Source: Vitrella brassicaformis CCMP3155
Lineage: Eukaryota > Protista > Chromerida
Assembly (NCBI GenBank): GCA_001179505.1
Contig: CDMY01000725.1
Location: 1 to 27,084 of the forward strand
Direction: 5' to 3'
DNA length: 27,084 nt
How positions within the stretch are numbered: the first letter of the stretch is position 1; each line of letters opens with the position of its first letter. The notes under the pieces are model-generated. The model was not told where the DNA came from and did not search any database. It worked only from the letters and a program-made list of their open reading frames with translations. Both the position numbers and the translations under genes were made by a program. Below are positions 12,540-24,260 of the stretch, piece by piece.

Positions 12540-14575
12540 CACACACAGACAGACAGACAGACACACACACAGACACACAGAGACACAGACAGACACACAG
12601 ACAGACACACAGACAGACACACCCACACACAGACACACAGGCCGTGTGGTCGTTCTTCGCTCACTAATGCGCGCAAGCACTGCCCCGCCCCCTTACGTAT
12701 GAAACGCTGCATGCCCCAGAACGCCACCCCACCAGCGCCGACTGCTAGAAAACATCGATGAAACAGCACCGATAGACCTATGCTGAACGCCAAGAAGAAG
12801 TGCACCATGAACGTTGTGGAGAACTGTCTGGTACAAGACGATTCAGACAGACCGGAAAAAACAGCATATCCCCTCAAGATGAGGAGCCAGAAATGAGGGC
12901 TGCCAGCGACGAAGCATGCGCAAAAAAGCCATGGAAGTAGACATCTTTGCTCCGAACATGCAGACACACACGCATGCACCGACAGGCAACGCAACACATG
13001 CAAGAGACCCACCCAAGGATTGCAGCACGCGAACGCTCACAACAGCGTTTGGGAGACCCCCTCACTGAGTCGATCACACAGACACAAGCTCACTCCTGAA
13101 CCGACAGATCGACTGACTCACTCCTCTCTGTGGTGCTGCAAAAATCGGTGAGTGTAACACGTAGCTCCTCAAAAATCGATGATGTAACCTCGCGATGAGG
13201 AGGGAGGTGGCATCAATTGTGGCCAACAATTCAGCCACTCGCTGGATGCCCTCGGGCTAGAAAAACNNNNNNNNNNNNNNNNNNNNNNNNNNNNNNNNNN
13301 NNNNNNNNNNNNNNNNNNNNNNNNNNNNNNNNNNNNNNNNNNNNNNNNNNNNNNNNNNNNNNNNNNNNNNNNNNNNNNNNNNNNNNNNNNNNNNNNNNNN
13401 NNNNNNNNNNNNNNNNNNNNNNNNNNNNNNNNNNNNNNNNNNNNNNNNNNNNNNNNNNNNNNNNNNNNNNNNNNNNNNNNNNNNNNNNNNNNNNNNNNNN
13501 NNNNNNNNNNNNNNNNNNNNNNNNNNNNNNNNNNNNNNNNNNNNNNNNNNNNNNNNNNNNNNNNNNAAACAGACAGACAGACGGGCACAAACGCACTGCA
13601 CGCATACGGCAAGACAGGCAGGCAGGCAAACAGCAAATCGCCACATGCATCGCCAGTAGGTCAACATGCACGCACCGAACAGACATACACATACACTGTA
13701 GCGAGACAGGCATAGCGAGACAATTGCGCCCCTCTGTATGACACACCCTCACAGGCAGGCAGGCAGACACCGCACTGTCACGGCATAGAGGCACACATCT
13801 TCAAGGCACTCGCTTGGTACGTACGGGCGACACGACACACGCATGCAGGAAAAAAACACAGACAGACAGACAGACAGACAGACACACAGACAGACACACA
13901 GACACACGCACAGACACACACACAGACACACCCACACACAGACACACAGGCCGTGTGGTCGTTCTTCGCTCACTAATGCGCGCAAGCACTGCCCCGCCCC
14001 CTTACGTATGAAACGCTGCATGCCCCAGAACGCCACCCCACCAGCGCCGACTGCTAGAAAACATCGATGAAACAGCACCGATAGACCTATGCTGAACGCC
14101 AAGAAGAAGTGCACCATGAACGTTGTGGAGAACTGTCTGGTACAAGACGATTCAGACAGACCGGAAAAAACAGCATATCCCCTCAAGATGAGGAGCCAGA
14201 AATGAGGGCTGCCAGCGACGAAGCATGCGCAAAAAAGCCATGGAAGTAGACATCTTTGCTCCGAACATGCAGACACACACGCATGCACCGACAGGCAACG
14301 CAACACATGCAAGAGACCCACCCAAGGATTGCAGCACGCGAACGCTCACAACAGCGTTTGGGAGACCCCCTCACTGAGTCGATCACACAGACACAAGCTC
14401 ACTCCTGAACCGACAGATCGACTGACTCACTCCTCTCTGTGGTGCTGCAAAAATCGGTGAGTGTAACACGTAGCTCCTCAAAAATCGATGATGTAACCTC
14501 GCGATGAGGAGGGAGGTGGCATCAATTGTGGCCAACAATTCAGCCACTCGCTGGATGCCCTCGGGCTAGAAAAAC
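12215..14575. repeat. ~1.0-1.05 kb direct duplication flanking a 300-N gap (likely unmerged contig or haplotype overlap)
   Basis: 12215-13266 and 13567-14575 are near-identical apart from the (CAGA/CA) microsatellite and a few bases. Copy 1 ends exactly at the gap and copy 2 starts exactly after it. Confidence 0.9.
13267..13566. other. Assembly gap (300 N); others at 16253-16552, 19341-19640 and 21338-21637
   Basis: Runs of N of identical length. Confidence 1.
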
Positions 14576-14629
14576 ATCTCTGTCTGCCCCATCCACGCCG
14601 CATCAGCACCCCTATGCATGGGTACTCAC

Positions 14630-15600
14630 TCAAAGAGCGAAGAGGTAGCCCCAGGGTATGAAGGGAGTCATGATGACAAGCCCCAGCACGTTGAGTAAAG
14701 TAAAGGGGACGGGAAATCCTCCCATGCCTCCCTTGCGACCGCGTACCAGCCACGGCAAAGCAAAGAACACGAGAAACAGCACCTTGACCAGCACCTGACA
14801 CACACACACGTGCAACATGCCCTCACTCACAGTGTCTACCTGACTCACTTCACTGGTGCAGTCGTGCACTCACCGAGATGAGCAGGATGGAGGCGAATGG
14901 CAGCGGGCTATAGATGCCACACGCAGACAGGATGGCGATGCTCGTGATGAAGATGCCGAGGATACTCAGCGCAAGGTTGGGAACCATACTCCCCGAGAAC
15001 AGCTGGCTGTAGGCAGCAGACACACACATGCCTGTTAGTAAGCATTCCCACGCAGGGGGCTAGTGTGTCCGCGCACTTACTTTGCAGCAAACTTCGGAGC
15101 CCACAGGCAAGTCAGACCAATGCTCCCTCCGGCTGCGCACACGCAGGGAGACAGATACATATACAGACGTCTCAAAGGCCGTCTTCTGTTGTCACACAGG
15201 AGCCCCCTCACTTACCGACCACATTGATGGCAAACACCACCCGCAGGGCCAGATGCTTCACTGCCGTCGTTGAATGACGCAATCGCCGCTGCTGTGTGAG
15301 CGGTCGATCTGTGCTCGTCACCTTTACGCGGCCACCTACCCTTTACGCGACAGCCTAGATAAGTTTCTCCCCTGGCCGGTCGGTCGGTCGGTTATGGGTT
15401 TGACGAGACGCCTGTCCCTAAGCCCGGCGCCTACCTTTCGGCGCTACCGGACATCTTCTCTGTCCACAGCACACACCAAACAAAGAGCATGCACACGCAC
15501 GAAGCATGCACAAGGCCTCTCTACCCACCCATCCCTATGGTCCAATACCAAAGGAAAGGCACTGGCACCGGCCGACACACAGATGACAACAGAGGGCACT
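14630..15600 (-). CDS. Small 4-TM membrane protein with a probable bipartite (ASAF) leader
   Basis: Exons ~15290-15216, 15132-15081, 15006-14874 and 14794-14630 splice in frame: AVKHLALRVVFAINVVAGGSIGLTCLWAPKFAANQLFSGSMVPNLALSILGIFITSIAILSACGIYSPLPFASILLISVLVKVLFLVFFALP...PFIPWGYLFAL*. An upstream stretch at ~15590-15530 reads VVICVSAGASAFP. The start codon is unresolved. Confidence 0.7.
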
Positions 15601-15626
15601 GACTGCCTTGTAGAACGTTGACGAAC

Positions 15627-18600
15627 ATGTCTCTATGCGCACCCCTGCGCATGTGGACTTGGAGTGCGTGTATATGATGAATGACTTGGAGTGCGTGTAT
15701 ATGATGAATGTCTCTGTGCGCACACCTGCGGTGGACTTGAAGTGTGTGGATATCATGAATGTCTCCGTGCACACCCCTGCGCATGTGGACTTGGAGTGCG
15801 TGCATATTATGAATGTCTGTGTGCGCTATTATGAATGTCTGTGTGCGCACACCTGCGGGTGGACTTGGAGTGTGTGTATATCATGAATGTCTGTGTGCGC
15901 ACCCCTACGCATGCACGTGTGGACTTGGAGTGCGTCTATATCATGAATGTGTCTGTGCGCACCCCTGCGCATGTGGACTTGGAGTGCGTCCATATCATAA
16001 ATGTCTCTGTGCGCACACCTGCGGGTGGACTTGGAGTGTGTGTATATCATGAATGTCTGTCTGCGCACCTCTGCGCATGCACGTGTGGACTTGGAGTGCG
16101 TGTATATGATGAATGTCTCTGTGCGCACACCTGCGCATGCACGTTTGGAGGGTGTGTATATGGTGGATGTCTCTATGCGCACACCTGTCCATGCACGTTT
16201 GGAGTGTGTGTATATGATGAATGTCTCTGTGCGCACACCTGTGCATGCACGTNNNNNNNNNNNNNNNNNNNNNNNNNNNNNNNNNNNNNNNNNNNNNNNN
16301 NNNNNNNNNNNNNNNNNNNNNNNNNNNNNNNNNNNNNNNNNNNNNNNNNNNNNNNNNNNNNNNNNNNNNNNNNNNNNNNNNNNNNNNNNNNNNNNNNNNN
16401 NNNNNNNNNNNNNNNNNNNNNNNNNNNNNNNNNNNNNNNNNNNNNNNNNNNNNNNNNNNNNNNNNNNNNNNNNNNNNNNNNNNNNNNNNNNNNNNNNNNN
16501 NNNNNNNNNNNNNNNNNNNNNNNNNNNNNNNNNNNNNNNNNNNNNNNNNNNNGTCCACGCGTGCATGAGCAGGTATGTGTATAAGTACATTCATTACACA
16601 TATACCCCCTCCAACTCCAAGCGTGCGTGCGCAGGTATGCACACAGAGACATTCATTACACATCCACCCCCGCCAACTCCACATGTGCGTATCAGATGGA
16701 TATACAGAGGCATTCATTACATACACCTCCTCCAACTCCAGGCGTGAGTGCGCAGGTATGCGCACAACGACATTCATGACATACACCCCCTCCAAGTCCA
16801 CGCGTGCGTCTGCAGGTGTGCGCAAAGAAGAATTTATTACATACACCCCCTCCAACTCCAAGCGTGCATGTGCAGGTGTGCGCACAGTGACATTCATTGT
16901 ATACACCCACTCCAAGTCCAAACGTGCATGCGCACGTGTGCGCACAGAGACATTTATCATATACACCCACTCCAAGTCGACGCGTGCATAATGTCGACGC
17001 GTGCATAATCACATGCACGCGTCGACTTGGAGTGCGTGTATATCATGGACTATGCGCACAGTTGCGCATGCACGGGTCGATGTACAGGTCGACTTGGAGT
17101 GCGTGTATGTCATGAATGTCTCTATGCGAATACCTGCGCAGGAAGGTTTGGACTTGGAATGGGTGTATATCGTGAATGTCTCTGTGCGCACACCTGCGCA
17201 TGCACGCGTCGACTTGAAATGCGTGTATGTCATGAATGTCTCTGCGCGCACACCTGTGCAAGCACGTCTCTGTGCGCATACCTGCGCAAGCACGTTTGGA
17301 CTTGGAGTGCGTGTATATCCTGAGTGTCTCTGTGCGCACACCTGCGCATGCACGCGTCGACTTGGAGTGCGTGTATGTCATGGATGTCTCTATGCGCACA
17401 CCTGCGCATGCACGGGTCGACTTGGAATGCGTGTATATCCTGAATGTCTCTGTGCGCACACCTGCGCATGCACGTGTCGACTTGAAGTGCGTGTATGTCA
17501 TGGATGTCTCGTGTGCACACCTGCGCATGCACGGGTCGATGCATGGGTCGATTTGGAGTGGTGTATGTCATGGATGTCTCTATGTGTACACCTGCGCAGG
17601 AAGGTTTGGACTTGGAGTGCGTGTTTACACTCAATGTCTCTATGCGCGCACCTGCGCATGCACGGGTCGACTTGGAGTGCGTGGTCGACTTGGAGTGCGT
17701 GTATATCCTGAATGTCTCTGTGCGCACACCTGTGCATGCACGTGTCGACTTGGAGTGCGTGTATGTCTGGATGTCTCTGTGCGCACACCTGCGCATGCAC
17801 GGGTCGATGCATGGGTCGATTTTGAGTGGTGTATGTCATAGATGTCTCTATGTGTACACCTGCGCAGGAACGTTTGGACTTGGAGTGCGTGTTTACACTC
17901 AATGTCTCTATGCGCACACCTGCGCATGCACGGGTCGACTTGGAGTGCGTGTATGTCATGGATGTCTCTGTGCGCACACTTGCGCATGCACATTTGGAGT
18001 GAGCATGTATGGTGAACATCTCTGTGCGCACACCTGCGCATGCACGTGTCGCCTTTGAGTGTGTGCACATGATGAATATCTCTGTGCGCACACCTGCGCG
18101 TGCACGTGTCGACTTGGAGTGTCTGCACATAATGAATACTTCTGTGCGCACACCTGCGCATGCACGTTTGGAGTGTGTGTATATGATGAACATCTCTGTG
18201 CGCACACCTGTGCATGCACGTTTGGACTTGGAATGTGTGTATATGGTGAATGTCTCTGTGCGCACATGCACGTTTCCTCTGTGCGCACACCTGCGCATGC
18301 ACGTTTTCTCTGTGCGCACACCTGCGCATGCACGTTTGGAGTGTGTGTATATGGTGAATGTCCCTGTGCGCACACCTGTGCATGCACGTTTGGAGTGTGT
18401 ATATGGTGGATGTCTCTATGCGCACACCTGTGCATGCACGTTTGGAGTGTGTGTGTATGATGAATATCTCTGTGCGCGCAGCTGTCCATGCACGTTTGGA
18501 GTGTGTATATGGTGGATGTCTCTATGCGCACACCTGCGCATGCACGTTTGGAGTGTGTGTATATGATGGATATCCCTGTGCGCACACCTGTGCATGCACG

Positions 18601-19340
18601 TGTCGCCTTGGAGTGTGTGCACATGATGAATGTCTCTGTGCGCACACCTGCGCATGCACGTGTCGACTTGGAGGGTGTGCACATGATGAATATCTCTGTG
18701 CGCACACCTGCGCATGCACATTTGGAGTAAGTATATATGGTGAACATCTCTGTGCGCACACCTGCCCATGCACGTGTCGCCTTTGAGGGTGTGCACATGA
18801 TGAATGTCTCTGTGCGCACACCTGCGCGTGCACGCGTCGACTTGGAGTGTCTGCACATAATGAATAACTCTGTGCGCACACCTGCGCATGCACGCGTCGA
18901 CGTCGACTTGGAGTGTGTGTATATGATGAATATCTCTGTGCGCACACGTGTGCATGCACGTTTGGACTTGGACTGTGTGTATATGGTGAATGTCTCCGTG
19001 CGCAAGGGTGTGTATATGATGAATATCTCTGTGCGCATACCTGCGCATGCACGTTTGGAGTGGGTGCACATGATGATTGTCTCTGTGCGCATACCTGCGC
19101 ATGCACGTTTGGAGTGGGTGCACATGATGAATGTCTCTGTGCGCACACCTGCGCATGCACGCGTCGACGTCGACTTGGAGTGTGCGCATATGATGAACAT
19201 CTCTGTGCGCACACTTGTGCATGCACGTTTGGAGTGGGGGTATATGGTGAAGATCTCTGTGCGCACACCTGCGCATGCACGCGTCGACGTCGACTTCGAG
19301 TGAGTGTATATGATGAATAACTCTTCGCGCACACCTGCGC
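15627..19340. repeat. Satellite array, ~60-bp unit (52/54/60/66-bp variants)
   Basis: Consensus tctgtgcgcacacctgcgcatgcacgtgtcgacttggagtgcgtgtatatgatgaatgtc is repeated dozens of times. Block 16553-16990 is inverted. The array is interrupted by the gap at 16253-16552 and ends at the gap at 19341. Confidence 0.95.
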
Positions 19341-20356
19341 NNNNNNNNNNNNNNNNNNNNNNNNNNNNNNNNNNNNNNNNNNNNNNNNNNNNNNNNNNNN
19401 NNNNNNNNNNNNNNNNNNNNNNNNNNNNNNNNNNNNNNNNNNNNNNNNNNNNNNNNNNNNNNNNNNNNNNNNNNNNNNNNNNNNNNNNNNNNNNNNNNNN
19501 NNNNNNNNNNNNNNNNNNNNNNNNNNNNNNNNNNNNNNNNNNNNNNNNNNNNNNNNNNNNNNNNNNNNNNNNNNNNNNNNNNNNNNNNNNNNNNNNNNNN
19601 NNNNNNNNNNNNNNNNNNNNNNNNNNNNNNNNNNNNNNNNGCGGGCTCAGCAAATCCGAGAAATGGTCCCGGTGCAGTCCTATGGAAGTGTTTGCATTGA
19701 GTAAGGACAACATGTGCGCTGGAGTATTAAGCAAGGGATGATGAATATGGCATATTTCTATGTGTAAATATGTGTGACCATGAATACTACGCCACGAGGC
19801 TATAGGGTCATCCCGGGACCTCGTTCATTCATTCATTACACCTCTTCTCCACTATTCCCCCCGCTCCCCTTTCCACGCCCCTGAAAGAAGGTAGAGTCTT
19901 ATTACACTCTCAAGCATTCATCCCTCTGTGCCATTGGGTTCTGGGCTTGCAGCCTTCGAACTTAGGCCGCGGTGCCATTGCCTTCGAACTTACGCCGCTA
20001 TGCCATTGGGCCCTGGGCCTGCACCCTTCGAACTTAGGCTGACTTTGTGCCTTGCCATCTCCCATCGCTGCACCTCTAGATCTCGAGAAGAAAAATGCAG
20101 CTGTACGTGCTCCCCCATAGTTCGTCCCTCTGCACCAAAAAGGTTGTGGACTTGCCGCCCTGCGAGTTTGGCTGCTTTGAGCTTATGTTTTCGTCTCGCT
20201 TGGGGCCCTTTCTGTATTCGGCAGCGTCTATATCGAGGTCTTCAGTTGAGTCTGTCTCTAATCCTTGGCCATCGCTATTTGGTTCTGCATGCCTGGATGT
20301 GCATTGCGGATATTTCTTCGAAGACTCAGCGCTTCGCAGTTTCCCATCCTCTACCA

Positions 20357-22700
20357 TCTGTGCATGCACGCAAGGACGCGCAAACGGTATATGGGATCAT
20401 TGTGTCTGTGCGCACACCTGCGCATGCACGCGTCGACTTGCAGGGGGTGTATATGATGAATGCCTCTGCACGCATGTTTGCGTATGAAGGCGTGGACTTG
20501 CAGACGGTCTAAATGTCTCTGTGCGCACACCTGCACATGCACGAGTGCCTCGACTAGGAGGGAGTGTCTCTCTTGACAAGGTGTGCGCATGCACGCAAGG
20601 ACGTCCAAACGGAACATGGGATGAATGTCCGCACACAAGCGCCTGCACGCGTGGACTTGAAGGAGGTATCTCTGTCCGCACACCTGCGCATGCACACGTA
20701 CGCGTGGAGTTAGAGGGCGTGTATATGGTGAATGTATCTATGCACACACCTGCACAAAAACGTATGCGTCGAGTTGAAGGGAGTGTGGGAGTTGTTGGTG
20801 ACGTTGTTGAATGGCCTTCACAAGGACCTGAACCGCGTCATCAAGAAGCCCGATGTGGAGGAGCCAGACATCACCCGCAAGAAGCTCAGTGAGGGTAAAC
20901 GGGAAGAGAAACTGGCTGCCGAAGCTGGTCCAGACACCTTGCTATTCTTCCAACTGTGACTCACGAGGATGTAAACTCATCCCCAATCGATGTTTTGCAA
21001 CACTTGCAACGGGTGTTGTGTCTTCGACCATCATTGCAGTCGCTTGTTTGTTATGCAATAAGGTCTCTTCTCGCGCAAACGCAGCAATCACGCCAGCTAC
21101 CTATCTCAGAGCTCTGAGTCGTGTGACACGCACAAACAGATAGTCTGACCGCTTTCGTGTCTTCGTGTCTCCCTTTGGTGGTAGAAGTGCAGCACACCCT
21201 TGAGAGGGAGAGCATGCAAGAGATGGATGCTTGCATGAGGAATGATGTACCTATGTACCTTGTCATCAACGTGCCCTGCCAATGAGAGAAGTCACCTTCG
21301 GGTAGATTCTTCAGCTTGCTGTCGGGATTCACCGGTCNNNNNNNNNNNNNNNNNNNNNNNNNNNNNNNNNNNNNNNNNNNNNNNNNNNNNNNNNNNNNNN
21401 NNNNNNNNNNNNNNNNNNNNNNNNNNNNNNNNNNNNNNNNNNNNNNNNNNNNNNNNNNNNNNNNNNNNNNNNNNNNNNNNNNNNNNNNNNNNNNNNNNNN
21501 NNNNNNNNNNNNNNNNNNNNNNNNNNNNNNNNNNNNNNNNNNNNNNNNNNNNNNNNNNNNNNNNNNNNNNNNNNNNNNNNNNNNNNNNNNNNNNNNNNNN
21601 NNNNNNNNNNNNNNNNNNNNNNNNNNNNNNNNNNNNNTCGCAGTTTCCCATCTTCCACCATCTGAGGGAGGGTTTTCATTGCACACGCCACGCAACTATA
21701 GGCTTGCGCAGGCGTGCGCACAGAGATATTCATTGTACACACCAAGTACAAGCGTCCACAGGCGATAGATAGAAAATACGCTCATCGCACACACCAGCCA
21801 ATTCAAGGGTGTGCAAGTGTGCGGACAAAACCATTCATTATACACACCGGCCAACCACAGGTATGCGCAGGTGAACGCATAAAGATATTCATTTCACACA
21901 TGATGCAACTGCAGGCGCACTCCTCGCACACGCGCGTCGAATTGCAGACGGTATATAAGATAAATACCTCTGTTTGCACACAAGCGAATCCACGCGTACG
22001 CGTGGAGTTGGAGGGCGTGTATATGATGAGAGTTTCCGTGCGCACACCTGCACCTACACGGATGCATCGAGTTGAAGAGAGCGTGTCTGTCCGCACACCT
22101 GTGCATGCACGCAAGACGCGCAAACGGTATATGGGATCATTGTCTCTGTGCGCACACCTGCGCATGCACGCATCGACTTGCAGGGGGCGTATATGATGAA
22201 TGCCTCTGCGCGCATGTTTGCGTATGAAGGCGTGGACTTGCAGACGGTATAAATGTCTCTGTGCGCACACCTGCACATGCACGAGTGCCTCGAGTAGAAG
22301 GGAGTGTCTCTCTTGGCAAGGTGTGCGCATGCACGCAAGGACGTCCAAACGGAACATGGGATGAATGTCTGCACACAAGCGCCTGCACGCGTGGACTTGA
22401 AGGAGGTATCTCTGTCCGCACACCTGCGCATACACACGTACGCGTGGAGTTAGAGGGCGTGTATGTGGTGAATGTATCTATGCACACACCTGCACAAAAA
22501 AGTATCATGAATGTCTCTGTGCGCCCACCTGCGCATGCACGCGTGGACTTGGAGTGCGTGTATATCATGAATGCCCCTGTGCGCACAACTGCATATCATG
22601 AATGTCTCCGTGCGCACCCCTGCGCATGCACGTCTGGACTTGGAGTGCTATATTTTGAATGCCTCTATGCGCACACCTGCGCATGCATGCGTGGACTTGG
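20357..22700. repeat. Diverged satellite units and a ~400-bp direct duplication (20357-20760 vs ~22101-22500)
   Basis: The same gtgcgcacacctgcgcatgcacg core recurs. The block gcacgcaag.acgcgcaaacggtatatgggatcattg...cacacacctgcacaaaaa appears twice. Confidence 0.85.
20783..20930 (+). pseudogene. Fragment of a ubiquitin-specific protease (USP4/15-like peptidase C19) exon
   Basis: ELLVTLLNGLHKDLNRVIKKPDVEE...EEKLAAEA matches the family motif ELLxFLLDGLHEDLNRVKKKPYxE...EEVAxEAW. It is isolated and directly fused to satellite, with no other USP exons visible. Confidence 0.7.
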
Positions 22701-22985
22701 AGTATCTCTCATCGGCAAGGCACGTTGATGACAAGGCACATAAGTACATCATTCCTCATGCAAGCATCTATCTCTTACAGGCTCTCCCTCTCAAGGGTGT
22801 GCTGCACTTCTATTACCAAAGGGAGACACGAAGATACGAAGGCGGTCAGACCCTCTATTTGTGCGTGCCGCACGATTCAGAGCTCTGAGGAGGTAGCTGG
22901 CGTGATTCCTGCTTTGCGTAGGAAAATACTTCATTACACAACGAACAGGCGACTGAGATAACGATCGACGACGTGACACTGACAC
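21010..22985. repeat. Inverted pair of ~230-280 bp coding-like relics (21010-21289 and 22705-22985)
   Basis: The reverse complement of 21065-21289 aligns with 22705-22925, with differences mostly transitions. Both encode HVDDKxHxYIIPHASIxLLxALPLKGVLHFYxQRETRRxExGQTxxLCVxHDSEL*. Confidence 0.8.
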
Positions 22986-23501
22986 TGCAGGTCCTGCTGA
23001 ATATCGATTAGCCATGCGTTTACATACTTGTGAGTTGCCATGAGAAACTTAGCAACTGTTGGCCAGTTAAATATCTGTGTGTCTTGCTCCGCTCATGGCA
23101 GGTGCGCACCAGAAATACCAAAGACAAAGTTTCTACGCATCTTCGGAAGGTGAACAAGAAGCTCAATTGACTTGTAACATCTGATAACATCAGTCTTCGA
23201 TGGTCTAATCCAGATTGGCGATCGTTAACACACCTGAAGATGCACACGCCGCCCCTTTCAAAGAAGAAAACACGCCCGTTCGAAAGCAATTCTACCCGAC
23301 ACCGAGATGGATCAAAGTGAGAGATATGAGCATGAGAAAGGCTTCCGCTTTCAATACAGGAGAACGGAAGCCAGATGGTCCTCGAGTATTTTTTTCATGC
23401 ATACCGAAGTATTGAAATCTCCCTATTATTGCAACAGCTGCTTTACCGCCAGCTACAGAAGGAAAGTGGCTGCACACGCACATTGTTCCGTACTGTCTTT
23501 T

Positions 23502-24260
23502 CTACTGTTCTACCATATTGGCGCCCACTCCACGCATGAATGAGGCTTCGGCCTTTACCTGCCTCACTGCAAATCCACTGATTCTTACACTACGAACATG
23601 TACACAGATAGAGGTACTTGTATAGCAGGATGAGTAAGGCTGTGCATCTTCCTCATCTTCATCGTCCTCCCCACCCTCTTCCTCAGCAAACTGGTGTACG
23701 CGCATACATGAAGAGCTAAGTGCAAGAAAAAGTGCTGTTGCGACGAAGAGACCCACAGCAGACACGAACACATACATGAGCCATTGGGCGCTGATTTTAT
23801 TGACTTCTGTGATGTCGTAGTAGGCCATGATAATGAAGGTGCACGTAGCGAGGCCGATCAGCATGGTTTGAAGCTCCAAGAAAGTCGATATAATGCGACG
23901 ACGTAGGCGCTTCCTCCTGGAGCTTGCTTGCTTTCTCTCCGTTGCCTTGTCATCGGAAGGGATATCCTCGATGACATCCCCAAACTCATCACGGTTTTCC
24001 CTCAGGTAGGGGCCGAATCCGCTTTTTCGCAATGGCTCGTAGCCGCTTTCGACGAGGCCGAGAAGGGTCGTCTTCGTCTTCACTCTGGAGGACCTGATGC
24101 CAAGGGATCCCTTCTTCTCCCAAAGCTTGTCTACAGCTTGGCCCACTGTCCGAGCCAATGGCATGTTGAGGTGCTCTTTTGGCCAATACAACTCGACAGC
24201 TCCCTCGGCTCGGCGGAACCGTAATTGAATCGTGGCCCGACCCAGGGGGGGGAAACTCCA
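23502..24260 (-). CDS. Unknown protein (possibly the remnant of a longer decayed ORF) with two predicted TM segments and an acidic tail
   Basis: The reading frame is open from ~24260 to 23502 with protein-like composition (WSFPPLGRATIQLRF...MLIGLATCTFIIMAYY...WLMYVFVSAVGLFVATALFLAL...EEEGGEDDEDEED). No family was recognised. Confidence 0.4.
   Translation of the reverse strand, partial: WSFPPLGRATIQLRFRRAEGAVELYWPKEHLNMPLARTVGQAVDKLWEKKGSLGIRSSRVKTKTTLLGLVESGYEPLRKSGFGPYLRENRDEFGDVIEDIPSDDKATERKQASSRRKRLRRRIISTFLELQTMLIGLATCTFIIMAYYDITEVNKISAQWLMYVFVSAVGLFVATALFLALSSSCMRVHQFAEEEGGEDDEDEEDAQPYSSCYTSTSICVHVRSVRISGFAVRQVKAEASFMRGVGANMVEQ

Noticed and set aside
15627-19340. CRISPR array, or a repeat protein (VDLECVYMMNVSVRTPAHAR)n
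   Set aside because: There are no unique spacers or cas genes. ORFs are open on both strands merely because the unit lacks stops, and 52-bp variants break the frame.
20076-20369. 97-aa charged minus-strand ORF
   Set aside because: No motif or splice context, and it starts within satellite-derived sequence. At most an unidentifiable relic.
13169-21772. Long ORFs containing X runs
   Set aside because: Artefacts of translation through the 300-N gaps.
22800-22950. LCVPHDSEL...RRKILH as a Ty3/Gypsy integrase-proximal motif
   Set aside because: The two parts are in different frames, no GH-G/HHCC or RT motifs follow, and the second copy does not support it.
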